A DNA stretch of 64,000 nt, taken from assembly GCA_044229975.1 (NCBI GenBank), contig JBGARZ010000025.1:32001-96000 (forward strand), given 5' to 3'. The notes below the pieces were generated by a model. That model was not told the DNA's origin, did no database searches, and saw nothing but the letters and a program-made list of their open reading frames with translations. Of this stretch, positions 48,288-58,500 are shown in pieces (position 1 is the stretch's first letter; the number at the start of each line of letters is the position of its first letter). A program made the position numbers and the translations under genes. This DNA comes from Polyangiales bacterium. GTDB taxonomy: Bacteria; Myxococcota_A; Polyangia; Polyangiales; Ga0077539.

Positions 48288-50183
48288 TCAGTGCAGCGCC
48301 ACGACCCGATCGACGATGAATCGCACGGCGTCCGCCCGCTCGCGGGGCGTGATGCGAAACGTGGCGTGAATCCTCCGCGAGAGGTTCTCGGTCAGGCTGG
48401 CGTGTTGCGCCCGCGGCTGGGCGCGCACGGTGTCGATGAGGACGAGCAGCCAGAAGCGCCGGTCGAGCACCGCGTCGATCTCGCAGGCGCGGTCGGCGAA
48501 GGCCTTCAGGCGGTCCCCGACGACCGGGAGGATCTGCTCGATGCGCACACGCTCGGTCTGCAGCGACGCGAGCATGCGGTCGCGCTGGGCCATCCGCTCG
48601 CGGAGCAGCGCCTCGCAGATTCGTTGTCCCTCGTTCTGGGCGGCGAGGTTCCTGACGATGCCGAGCAGGTAGCGCGCGTCGGTGTCGGCAGCGATCGTTC
48701 CGGTGGCGCGCTTGCCCTCGAAGATCGCGACGCCATCGACGATCGCGTCGAGCGGATAGCGCGCGAGGGCGATGCGGAGGCTGCGCTCCGGGTCGAGCAG
48801 CGCGAGCCGCTCGAAGGACCGATCGAGGTACGCGCGCACCTCGGGATCCTGCCGCGCCTCGAGCGTCTGTCGCGCGAGCTCCTGGCGGCGGCACCGCTCC
48901 GCGAGCGCCTTGCGCGCCTCGGCGATCTGCTCCGGCGTCGGCGTCTCCCCGTGGATCGTGACGCGCGAGCGACCGTCGCGATCCTTGCGCGGACGATGAT
49001 TGATCGTGCGGAAAAAGGTCGTGAGGACCAGCCGGAGGATCGATCGTGCGAGCGAGCGCGCGTCCTCTCCCTCGACGAGCAGCGGCGGCGCGGTCTGCTG
49101 GAAGAGCCCGAATCCACCTTCGATGTGCGCCTTGTTCTGCGGCCTCTCGGGGGTCGCGCGAATGCGCTCGGCACCATCGAGCGCACGATCCACCTCAGGC
49201 GCGTGGTTGCTCGGCTTGTTGTCCAGGAGCACCGCGAGCGGCAGCGGCGGCGCGGCGCTCGTCGTCGCCCTCGCGTCCGCCATCGCGAGGGCGACGGCTT
49301 CGCTGTCCTCCTGGTCGCCGAGCGACGCGCCGACGAAGGCGCCGCTGTACGGATCGACCAGCAACTCGAGGTTGAAGACGTGGCGCGCGCCGGAGAGTTC
49401 GAGCGCAACCTGCGAGCCGTCGCCGACCCACTGCGCGTCCGGGAAGAAGACCTCGAAGGCACCGCGCAGCGCACGCTCGTCGGGCGATCGTCCCTCGCGC
49501 CGAGCCGGCGTGCGAATCCCGCGCGCGGCGAGGATGGAGCTCACCAGCGTGGGGCCGTACGGGACGCGGCAGTCGGCTTTCAAGTACGCGCAGAAGTCCG
49601 AGAAGCCGCCGCGCCAGGTCTTCCACTCCGCGAGCACGGTCTCGAGATGCGTGAGCCGCGTGGCGCTCGTGTCGTTCTCCACGTCGCGCACCGGCTCGTC
49701 GGGTGGCGCGGTGATCGCTCCGGCACGCAGCCAGTCTTCGACGGTCTCCAGCGGCACCTCCACGGCCTCCGCGAAGCGTGCGAGAGGAAGATCCTCATGC
49801 GCGGCGTGCAGCTCCAGCACGCGGTGCCGGAAGGCATCGGTGTAGTGCCGCCGCCGGTCACCCCCGACGCACCCAGGATGCTCGAAGGTGAAGCGCAGCA
49901 TCGCCCGCGAGATGGAGAGCAGCTCCTCGCACGGGCCGCCGCATGGTGCCGTCTCCGCGACCGCTGGGCGCCCCGCAGGGCGTTGCAACGACGGCAGCGA
50001 GGCCACGAGCGCGTCGCGCAACTCATACGCCCGCGAGCGCGTGGCGCCGGTGGCCGCGAGGATCTCACCGACGGACGGGTGCGCGAGCGAGACCCGCCGA
50101 GCGTGCTCGGCGGACGCAAGAAGCAGGGCGGAGATCAGGAGCGGCGAGACGGACTCGCCGGACTCTGGTAGGTCGGAGCGCAC
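48288..50183 (-). CDS. Second DDE integrase-core protein, 631 aa
   Basis: AAGGAG RBS plus GTG; HTH-like segments; QWVGDGS, LVDPYSGA, VLLDNKP, NKAHIEGGF; long helical C-terminus. Confidence 0.78.
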   Translation of the reverse strand: MRSDLPESGESVSPLLISALLLASAEHARRVSLAHPSVGEILAATGATRSRAYELRDALVASLPSLQRPAGRPAVAETAPCGGPCEELLSISRAMLRFTFEHPGCVGGDRRRHYTDAFRHRVLELHAAHEDLPLARFAEAVEVPLETVEDWLRAGAITAPPDEPVRDVENDTSATRLTHLETVLAEWKTWRGGFSDFCAYLKADCRVPYGPTLVSSILAARGIRTPARREGRSPDERALRGAFEVFFPDAQWVGDGSQVALELSGARHVFNLELLVDPYSGAFVGASLGDQEDSEAVALAMADARATTSAAPPLPLAVLLDNKPSNHAPEVDRALDGAERIRATPERPQNKAHIEGGFGLFQQTAPPLLVEGEDARSLARSILRLVLTTFFRTINHRPRKDRDGRSRVTIHGETPTPEQIAEARKALAERCRRQELARQTLEARQDPEVRAYLDRSFERLALLDPERSLRIALARYPLDAIVDGVAIFEGKRATGTIAADTDARYLLGIVRNLAAQNEGQRICEALLRERMAQRDRMLASLQTERVRIEQILPVVGDRLKAFADRACEIDAVLDRRFWLLVLIDTVRAQPRAQHASLTENLSRRIHATFRITPRERADAVRFIVDRVVALH

Positions 50184-50261
50184 GGTCTCCTTGTCTGGGT
50201 GGTGCGTTGCGGTGTCTGGAAACTTCGCAATACACGACCAGGGCGGGAGACCGCTTTCCTT

Positions 50262-51680
50262 TCAGGGGCGCAGCTCGATCAGCTTTCGGCCCATGAGCCA
50301 CACCTCGGGCACGCCGTCGCGGCTGGTGACCTTGAAGAGATCCAGCGATCGGGCGCGCAGGTCGATGCCGTCGCCGACGTCGCGCCCCGCGCCGGCTTCG
50401 ATGCGCGCGAGCACCTCGTCCACGCGGCCGTAGTAGCGGTCCGCGGGCACCAGCAGGCCGCCCAGCGCGTGGTGCGTGCGGCCGTGATTGTACCAGTGCA
50501 TGTGCGTGTCGAGCCGCCGCCGCATCTCGCCCACATCGGCGAAGCGCTGCACGTCGAACAGCTCCTTCGCGAGGTTGGCGTTGAAGACCTCGACCTTGCC
50601 GTTGTGCTCCTTGTCCACGGCGACGAGCTGGTCGATGCCGAGCTCCGTGAGCAGCGCCGTGAAGCGCGAGATGCCGTTCCACGCCCAGAACGCCGCGCCG
50701 CGGTCGTGCATCACCATCTCGGGCTTGCCGTACCGCGCGACGGCGCGCTCGAAGGTCCCGATCACCATGTCCGCGCGCTCCGCGTCGTCCACCCCGTGGC
50801 CCACGACGAAGCGCGAGTGGTCGTCGATCAGGATCAACGTGAACGTGTTCGCGCGGTGGATGTTGCGATGCACGAAATCGAGGTGCCAGAGGTGGTTCGG
50901 GCGCACGGCCTCGAAGCGTTGGATGTGCGGATGCCGCGCGACCTTCGGCGGCCGATAGCCCGCCTCCTCCATCACCCGCCGCGCCGTGTGGACGGAGACC
51001 TTCACGCTCTTGCGACGGAGCTGGTTGCGGATCTGGCTCGGCCCGAGGCCGGGGTGCCGGCTCCACTCGTCGAGGATCTCCTTGTCGCGCCGCGCCTCGA
51101 TCTCCTTGACGCCCGCACCGCTCGTCGGCGACGGGCCCTCGCCCTTCGCCGCGGCGCTGACCTTGCGCTGCCACTCGTAGATCGAGAACCGGCTCACTTT
51201 GAACTTCGTCGCCGACTCGGTGACGCTCTTCTCGGCGGCGTACTCGAGGATCTCCGCGCGCTCCGACGGCGTGTACGAACGCGCGACGGTCTTCGGCTTC
51301 GCCGCGGGCGTTGCGACGGCTTTGGCGGGGAGGCCCGTGGTGTCAGGCGACTTGTTGCCCGCCGACGACGGCGGCGCCGCCTTCGCCGACGCGGTGGACT
51401 TGCGCCGCGCGGGTGCCGCCTTCGCCTTCGCGATCACCACTGGCGGCGGCGGCGCGGCGGGCGCCGCGGGCGCCGTGGGCGTCTCGTCGCTGCTCGACGC
51501 CTTCGTGACCCCGGCAGCCTTCGCCCAGCGGAAGACGTTGGGGGCCGGAACGCCATGCTTCGCCGCCGCGGGCTTGCAGCCCAACGCCGGCACATCGGCG
51601 AGCACCACCGCGCGCTCCTCGGCTGTGTATCGCCGCCCTACGCTGCGTGGCAGCCGTTGCTCATCTCGCTTCTCGTCCAT
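50262..51680 (-). CDS. DDE transposase/integrase (rve core, IS481-like), 472 aa
   Basis: GGAGGAG RBS; two RxYTxxER HTH modules; LWHLDF, IDDHSRF, MHDRG, NGKVEVFN, YNHGRTHHAL. Confidence 0.9.
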   Translation of the reverse strand: MDEKRDEQRLPRSVGRRYTAEERAVVLADVPALGCKPAAAKHGVPAPNVFRWAKAAGVTKASSSDETPTAPAAPAAPPPPVVIAKAKAAPARRKSTASAKAAPPSSAGNKSPDTTGLPAKAVATPAAKPKTVARSYTPSERAEILEYAAEKSVTESATKFKVSRFSIYEWQRKVSAAAKGEGPSPTSGAGVKEIEARRDKEILDEWSRHPGLGPSQIRNQLRRKSVKVSVHTARRVMEEAGYRPPKVARHPHIQRFEAVRPNHLWHLDFVHRNIHRANTFTLILIDDHSRFVVGHGVDDAERADMVIGTFERAVARYGKPEMVMHDRGAAFWAWNGISRFTALLTELGIDQLVAVDKEHNGKVEVFNANLAKELFDVQRFADVGEMRRRLDTHMHWYNHGRTHHALGGLLVPADRYYGRVDEVLARIEAGAGRDVGDGIDLRARSLDLFKVTSRDGVPEVWLMGRKLIELRP

Positions 51681-51762
51681 CGTCTCCTCCAGCGATTTGA
51701 GGAGGTCTCCGAAGTCCGGAGTTTCAGGTCCTCAAACCGATGGAAGTTGTGCGGCAAGAGCA

Positions 51763-51768
51763 TGTAGC
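51763..51768. repeat. Target-site duplication, right copy (TGTAGC)
   Basis: Identical to 48110-48115. Confidence 0.88.
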
Positions 51769-52838
51769 CCCGCCACGTCGCCCGAGAGTTCGGACTCCAG
51801 CAACGCTCGTCGGCCTTCGAGCGCCCGTGCTTCGCCGCGGGCGGTGAGCGCCAGGCCCCCCGAGGTGTCCCAGAGCGGGAGGGTCAACGTGGCGCCCAGG
51901 AGGAAGCCGTCGGTGCGCCCCTGCGCTCCTGCATCGACGCCCTTCCAGCCGGCCTCCAGGCGCAGGTCGGGGAGCCACCACCGCGCCGCCGATGTGAGTT
52001 CCAGATCGGCGGCGCGGAGACGCTCTCCGACAGCGCGGAGGCGTGGACCGCGTCGCGCAACGTCTCGGAGGGTCGGGAGCGCGGTGGGCTCGTTGTCGGG
52101 CAGCAGCGACCCTTCCAGAGTGAGCCCCGTCAACTCGCCGTCGGTCAGTCCAACCAGGGCCGCGAGGCGAGCTCGGGCGCGATCGAGGGCAGCCTCCTCG
52201 ACCTGCACGCGCCCCTCCGCCACGATTCGTTCGCGCTCCAGACGGCGCCGGTCGTAGAGCGCCGTGTCCCCGCGCGCGGTGCGGCGCGCCACGATCGTCA
52301 GGGCGGCCTCGATGCGTGCGCTCCAGGCGCGCACCGCCGCCGCCCGCTCGTGGTGGTAGAGGGCCTCGTAGAAGCGCAGCCGGGTGTCGGCGGCCACCTC
52401 GACGCGCACCGCGGCGCCGTCGTGCGTCGCGGCGTTCGCTCGGCGCTCGCCGGCCGCGCCGCGGAGACCGCGACGGTTGCCGAGGTCGATGACCTGCGAG
52501 ACGGAGAGGTAGTCCTCGCCGGTCCCGAGGGCCCCGAAGGTCTGCTCGCGCAGGTAGGTGATCTGCGGGTTTGGAGAGGCTCCGAGGGTGCGAGCGCTCC
52601 CCCGCTCGGCGTCGATCGCCCCGCGGACGGTGTCCGCGAGGGGAGCCCGCGCGAGCGCTCGTCGCACCGCCTCATCGGCAGTGAGCACCGTGGCCGTTGC
52701 AGCGCGGTCCGTCCCGGGCGCCTCGGTCTGCTGCGCCCGTGCAATGGACGGCAGGAGCAGGAGGGCGGCGGTCACAAGGAACCGGCCGACGGTCGGTTTT
52801 TCGGACACGGCGAGCAGCACGACGTTTCCTCGACGCAT
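51763..52838 (-). pseudogene. 5' fragment of the TolC-family gene split by the insertion element
   Basis: Signal peptide, PNPQ, LTLPLWD; the frame reads a few codons into the element and stops at 51732. Confidence 0.88.
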
Positions 52839-52847
52839 GGTCCCGCG

Positions 52848-53828
52848 TCAGTGGGTGAGCGCCCCGAGGATCGACTCGGTGGCGTGATGGAGCGGGTCGC
52901 TCGCGGCGAGCAGGCCGAGTGCGACGAGGGCAACAAACGCGATCGGACGCGCGAGCGTGCCCGGCGTTCGCGGCGGTTCGAGCAGTGCCTCGACGCGGGC
53001 GGGCACGTCGCCGCCAAACGAAGCCGCGACGTTAGCGAGGCCGGAGGGCGTCTGGAGGAGGCGCTCGACCCGGAGGATCACCTCCGCGACCCGCAGCCGA
53101 TCGCCGACCGCATGGCCCGCGGCCTCGTCGCAGCTCTGCTCGGCGGCGAGCGTCAGCGCACGCAGGAGACGCGTACGTGCCGGACTCCAGACGAGCACCG
53201 TGGCGGCGCGTGCGAGGAGCCGCAGGCCGGTGTCGCGTCGCAGCGCATGCGCGCGTTCGTGATGAAGCATGACGTCGAGGTCGGCCGGCGGGACCCGCGA
53301 GAGGAGTCCCTCCGAGACGACGACTGCGGGGCGGACGACGCCCACGAGGAGGCAGAGCGGCGTCGCCGTGGGCAGCACCTGCGCGCCGAGCTGCGGGCTG
53401 TCGTAGCGGTGAATGAGTAGGCGTCTCGCGACGCGCGCAGCGCGGACGAGTCCGACCGTCGAGCGCAGCGCGCGGGACGCGAGCCACCCGGCCGCGAGGG
53501 CGAGAAGGAGCCAGGAGGCGGGGTTCGCGGCGTGCGTCGGCGGGTGCAGGAAGCACAAGTGCACGTGCCCATGGTGGGCGAGGCAGTGGTCATGCGCGGG
53601 CCACCGCAGTGCGACGACCGAAGGCAGCAGCACCGCGAGAAGGCCGACGAGCCCGAGCACCAACGGCGCGACCGAGAGCAGCACGAGCGTGCGGTGGCGA
53701 CGCTCAGGAGCCCACGACGTGATGTGGGCGAGCACCGCGGGAATGAGCGCGGAGACGGCAAGTCCGGTGAGGGACGCGAAGCCGAGGCCCGCCAGGAGCA
53801 CGAGCTGGAGCACGCCGAGGGCGTTCAC
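52848..53828 (-). CDS. M56 (BlaR1-type) membrane metallopeptidase with His/Cys-rich loop
   Basis: HHERAH..RRD (HExxH), EQSCD; loop HDHCLAHHGHVHLCFLH; C-terminal LHHATE. Confidence 0.85.
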   Translation of the reverse strand: MNALGVLQLVLLAGLGFASLTGLAVSALIPAVLAHITSWAPERRHRTLVLLSVAPLVLGLVGLLAVLLPSVVALRWPAHDHCLAHHGHVHLCFLHPPTHAANPASWLLLALAAGWLASRALRSTVGLVRAARVARRLLIHRYDSPQLGAQVLPTATPLCLLVGVVRPAVVVSEGLLSRVPPADLDVMLHHERAHALRRDTGLRLLARAATVLVWSPARTRLLRALTLAAEQSCDEAAGHAVGDRLRVAEVILRVERLLQTPSGLANVAASFGGDVPARVEALLEPPRTPGTLARPIAFVALVALGLLAASDPLHHATESILGALTH

Positions 53829-54232
53829 GGGCGACCTTTGGCGCGGGCACGCCGCTCTGCGACCAGGGCTTCGAGGCGTGCGAGGTGCTCTGGTCCGGCT
53901 CGCTCGGTGAGCTCGACGAAGGCCGAGACCATCGCGTTGGCCTCGCCGCGCATCAGCTCCCCGACGAGCTCGCCCAGAGCGCTGTGTTGGAACTCCTCGC
54001 GGGTGATGCGCGGCCGGTAGACGTGCGCGTGACTGACCTTGTCGCGCTCCAGGAGGTTCTTCTCGAAGAGCCGTTTCAGGGTCGATTGGATGGTGTTGAG
54101 GGTGATGCCGCGCTTCGCCCCGAGCGCGCCGTGGATGGCCTTCACCTCACCCTCTCCGCCCCTCCAGAGGTGCTCCATCACGGCGGCTTCGAGGGTGCCG
54201 AGAAGCGGTGGTCGGACGGGTCCCAGCGCCAT
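53825..54232 (-). CDS. BlaI/MecI/CopY-family repressor
   Basis: LGTLEAAVMEHLW, TLNTIQSTLKRLFEK, HAHVY. Confidence 0.9.
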   Translation of the reverse strand: MALGPVRPPLLGTLEAAVMEHLWRGGEGEVKAIHGALGAKRGITLNTIQSTLKRLFEKNLLERDKVSHAHVYRPRITREEFQHSALGELVGELMRGEANAMVSAFVELTERAGPEHLARLEALVAERRARAKGRP

Positions 54233-54382
54233 CCCCAGACGGTATCCGAAGAAAACCGGGCGTCAATCGGTTTTCGCCCAGACGTCTACGACGCGGCGCT
54301 GAGCGGGTATCCGCTCTTTCAAGCGACGGGACGCCGTGCCTACGAGGCCCTCGTCGAACTCATCGACGGACGGCCCTCGTCG

Positions 54383-55363
54383 TCAGCACGCCGGTCCGCC
54401 CGGTGCGGGAGTCAGAGAACACGGCTCCGGCGCCTCGGCGGGGTCGATCTGCACGGTCGTGTGACCGATCGCGAAACGCTCCTTCATGGCCGCAGCGAGC
54501 TCACGGTGGAACGTTGTGGAGCACGCGTTCCAGGGCATCGTCAGGTGCGCCGTCAGGGCGACCTCGGTGGTGCTCAGCGCCCAGACGTGGACGTCGTGGA
54601 TCTCCCGCACGCCCGGCAGCGATCGGAGAAACGCACGGACCTCGTCCACGTTGACGTGGTCGGGCGCTGCGTCGAGCGCGAGGTCGAGGGACTCGCGCAG
54701 GAGCTTCCAGGTGCTGCCCACGATGACCAGGGACACCGCGATGCTGATCGCAGGGTCGAGCCACCACCAGCGGGTCTTCAACATCACCGCGCCCGCGACC
54801 ACCACCCCGAGCGAGACCGCGGCGTCTGCGGCGAGGTGCAGGAACGCGCCCCGCACGTTGGCGTCGTGCTCCTTCCCCTGCCGAAACATCAGCGCCGATG
54901 CGCCGTTGATCGCCACGCCCACCGCGGCCACGACGATGACCGTCGCACCCACGACAGGTTGAGGCGAACGGAGGCGCGCCAGGGCCTCCCACACGACGAT
55001 CCCCACGGCCACGAGCAGGAGGATCGCGTTGGCGAGCGCGGCCAGGATCGTCGAGCGCCGGAAACCGTAGGTGCGCTGGGCGGAGGCCTTCCGGCGCGCC
55101 AATACCGTGGCGCCCCAGGCGAGCGCCAGGCCCATCACGTCGCCGAGGTTGTGCGCAGCGTCCGCGACGAGCGCCATCGAATGAGCGATCAGTCCGTAGA
55201 CCGCCTCGATGACCACGAAGGCCACGTTGAGCGCGATGCCGACGGCGAACGCCCGTCCCATCGGTGCTCCACCGAAGACCTTTCCGTGGGCGTGGCCTTC
55301 CTCTCCGTGATCCCGCTCTCCGTGGGCGGGATGTTCGTGCGTGTGGTCGTGCTCGTCGGGCAT
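54383..55363 (-). CDS. czcD: Cation diffusion facilitator (CzcD/ZitB-like)
   Basis: His-rich N-terminus, ADAAHNLGD, TYGF, NVRGAFLHLAADA, HDVHVW, HTTVQ. Confidence 0.92.
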   Translation of the reverse strand: MPDEHDHTHEHPAHGERDHGEEGHAHGKVFGGAPMGRAFAVGIALNVAFVVIEAVYGLIAHSMALVADAAHNLGDVMGLALAWGATVLARRKASAQRTYGFRRSTILAALANAILLLVAVGIVVWEALARLRSPQPVVGATVIVVAAVGVAINGASALMFRQGKEHDANVRGAFLHLAADAAVSLGVVVAGAVMLKTRWWWLDPAISIAVSLVIVGSTWKLLRESLDLALDAAPDHVNVDEVRAFLRSLPGVREIHDVHVWALSTTEVALTAHLTMPWNACSTTFHRELAAAMKERFAIGHTTVQIDPAEAPEPCSLTPAPGGPAC

Positions 55364-55555
55364 CAGCGCGCCTTTCTGTGGTGCGGGAGTGACGTCACGG
55401 GCCGCAGTCTCGCCGAGACGTCGCAGACCGGGAGATCGAAGAGGAACGCCCGCATCCAGCTCGATCGTCGGCGGTGTTTCTACGAGCGCTCAGCACGAGT
55501 GTCGCGAGGAGCGCTACCCCCGCCCGGCGTGCCGACATTCGATCGAGGGAGCGGG

Positions 55556-58500
55556 TCATGGCGACGGCCTCGTTGAGTACGGGACCACGGTCTCGGTGTC
55601 GGCCTCGTCTGGCGGGGTGACCACGTCGTCGCGGAACAGGTACGCATAGACCGTCGGCAGCACGAAGAGGGTGAGGAAGGTCGCGCTGATGAGCCCTCCT
55701 ATGACCACCGTCGCCAGCGGGCGCTGCACCTCGCCGCCCGCGCTCGACGACAGCGCCATGGGGATGAACCCGAGCGCCGCGACGGTTGCGGTCATCACCA
55801 CGGCCCGCAGCCGACTTTCGGCGCCCTTGCGCGCGGCCTCCAGGGCGGGACGTCCCTCGGCGCGCAGCTTCTTCACCGTCGTCAGGAGCACCACTCCGTT
55901 GAGCACCGCGATCCCGAAGAGGGCGATGAAGCCGATGCCCGCGCTGATGGAGAAGGGCATCCCCCGCGCGCGCATCAGCAGCACTCCGCCGACCGCCGCG
56001 AAGGGGACGTTGAGATAGATCAGCAGCGCGGTCTTCATCTCCCCGAAGGCCATGTAGAGCAGCACGAAGATGAGCCCCAGCGCGAGCGGCACCGCGAAGG
56101 CCAGACGCTCCGAGGCCGCCGCCAGGTTCTCGAACTGACCGCCCCAACGCAGCACGTACCCCGGCGGAAGGTGGACCCGCTCGCGCACCCGCTCCTGGGC
56201 CTCGCGCACGAAGCCGGCGAGGTCGCGCCCGCGGACGTTGACCTCCACGTTGGTTCGGCGCCGCACCGCCTCGCGGCTCACGCTCGCCGGCGAGTCCACC
56301 ACCTGGATGCTCGCGATCTGCCCGAGCGGAACGAGGGTGTTGCTCGGTCCGCTGACCGGAAGCATCCGCACCTGATCCATGTCGTCGCGCAGCGCCTGCG
56401 GCAGGCGCACTTGCAGCCGGATGCGCCGCTCGCCCTCGTAGACCTCTCCCACCCCGCGGCCGCCGATCACCTCGATGGCATCGAGCGCGTCGCGCACCGA
56501 CACGCCGTAACGTGACGCCGCGGCCCGATCGACGGTGACCTCCAGCGTCGGCAGACCCGCGAGCTGTTCACCTCGAACGTCGGTCGCTCCGGGCACCCCG
56601 CGGGCCACCGCCTGGATCTGTCCGCTCAGTCGTTCGAGGGTGCCGAGGTCGTCGCCGTAGAGCGTGATGGCGACGTCTGAACGTGTGCCGCTGATGAGCT
56701 CGGCCATCCGCAGTTCGATGGGCTGTGAGAAGGAGAAGCCCATGCCGGGCAGGGCCTCGGTGAGGCGCGCGGAGATGCGGGCGATGAGCGCCTCGCGGGT
56801 GTGAGCGGTGCGCCACTCGTCGGGTGGCCGCAGGGCCACGAGAACGTCCGACAGCTCGACGCCCATCGGGTCGGTGGCGATCTCCGCGCGCCCGGTCTTG
56901 GTGACGACGGTCAAGACCTCGGGGAACTCCCGCAGCACCTGCTCGAAGCGCGTCGCGCCGCGCACACTCTCCTCCAGCGACACGCTTGGCAGGCGCATCA
57001 CCTGGATCGCCAACGCGCCCTCGTCGAGCCTCGGGACGAACTCCGCGCCCATGCTCGACCCGACCGCGCCGGTCACGGCGAGCAGCGCGAGGCACAGGGC
57101 GATCACCAGACGCGGCGCGCCCATCACCGCCGCTAGCAGGCGCGGGTACACGCGGTGAAGAAGACGGACGACGAGGGGCTCGTGCTCTTCGGGCTTCTGT
57201 CGCATCAGCGACGCGACGAGCACCGGCACGAAGGTGAGCGACGCGATGAAGGCTCCCCCCAGCGCGAACAACACCGTGATCGCCATCGGCTTGAACATCT
57301 TCCCCTCGACGCCCGCGAGGGTAAGGATGGGTACGTACACCAGGACGATGATGGCCTCGCCGAAGAGCGCAGCCCGGCGCACGTCGAGCGTAGATCCCAG
57401 CACCACGTTGGCTGCCTCGCGGTAGGTGAGCGGCCGCTTCAACCCCTTCGCCGCCGCGGCGAGGTGGACCACCGCGCTCTCGACCACGATGATGGAGCCG
57501 TCCACCACGATGCCGAAGTCGATGGCGCCGAGGCTCATCAGATTGCCGCTCAAGCCGAGCGCTTTCATGCCGGTGAAGGCCACCAGCATGGCGAAAGGGA
57601 TGGCCGCCGCGACGATGAGCCCGCCGCGCAGGCTGCCCAGCAGCAGGAAGAGAACCGCGACGACGAAGAGGGCGCCCTCGGCGAGGTTCTTGGCGACGGT
57701 GTGGATCGTGCGGCGGACGAGCTCGCCGCGATCGTAGAACACGTCGATGCGCACGCCCGGTGGGAGAGACGGGGCGATCTCGTGGATGCGCGCCTTCACG
57801 CTCTCGACCACCTCGCGGCCGTTGGCGCCGACCAGCATCATCACGATGCCTGTGACCACCTCGCCTCGGCCGTCGCGGGTCACCGCGCCCTGGCGGAGCA
57901 TCGGCGCGAGGTGGACGCGCGCGACGTCCCGCACTCGCACCGGGACGCCGTCCGCGCGGGTCTCGATGAGCACGTCGCCGATCTCGTCGAGGGACTGGAT
58001 GCGTCCCTCACCGCGCACGAGAAGCTGCTCGCCCGCGCGCAGCAGGTAGCCGCCGCCGGCAGTGGCGTTATTGCGTTCGATCGCCTGGAAGAGGTCGTTG
58101 AGCGACACGCCGAGCGCGCGTAGCCGGTCAGGCAGCACGGCGACCTCGTAGGTCTTCAACTCGCCGCCGAAGGCGTTGACCTCGACCACGCCGGGTACCG
58201 ACCGGAGCTGAAACGCAATGAACCAATCGAGCGTCGAGCGCAGCTCCATCGGCGTGTGGCAGGCGTCGGTGTCGGGCTGCCCAGCGGCACACGGCCGATC
58301 GCTGCGCACCTCGAATTGGAAGATCTCTCCGAGACCCGTGCTGAGCGGCCCGAGCTCGGGCGACACGCCATCCGGGAGTCGCTCGCGAGCTTGAACGAGG
58401 CGCTCGGAGATGAGCTGCCGCGCGCGCAAGAGGTCGGTGCCTTCCTCGAAGACGACGGTCACGGCGGAGAGGCCGAAGCGCGACACGCTGCGCACCTCCG

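Larger units (their letters stand above)
48116..51762 (-). mobile_element. 3647-bp insertion element with two tandem DDE proteins (IS481-related)
   Basis: Ends TGCGCTTGTCAAACACCTACCAAC and (reverse complement) TGCTCTTGCCGCACAACTTCCATC, 17/24 identical; 6-bp TSD; interrupts tolC. Confidence 0.88.

Noticed and set aside
48291..50171. 626-aa plus-strand ORF mirroring the second DDE gene
   Set aside because: Antisense shadow typical of high-GC coding DNA; the minus-strand ORF has the RBS and motifs. The same applies to 50199-51767, 255-1583, 34500-36248 and 53885-55576
50184..50261. Possible internal terminal repeat between the two DDE genes
   Set aside because: No convincing match to either element end by eye, so nesting of two separate IS elements is not supported
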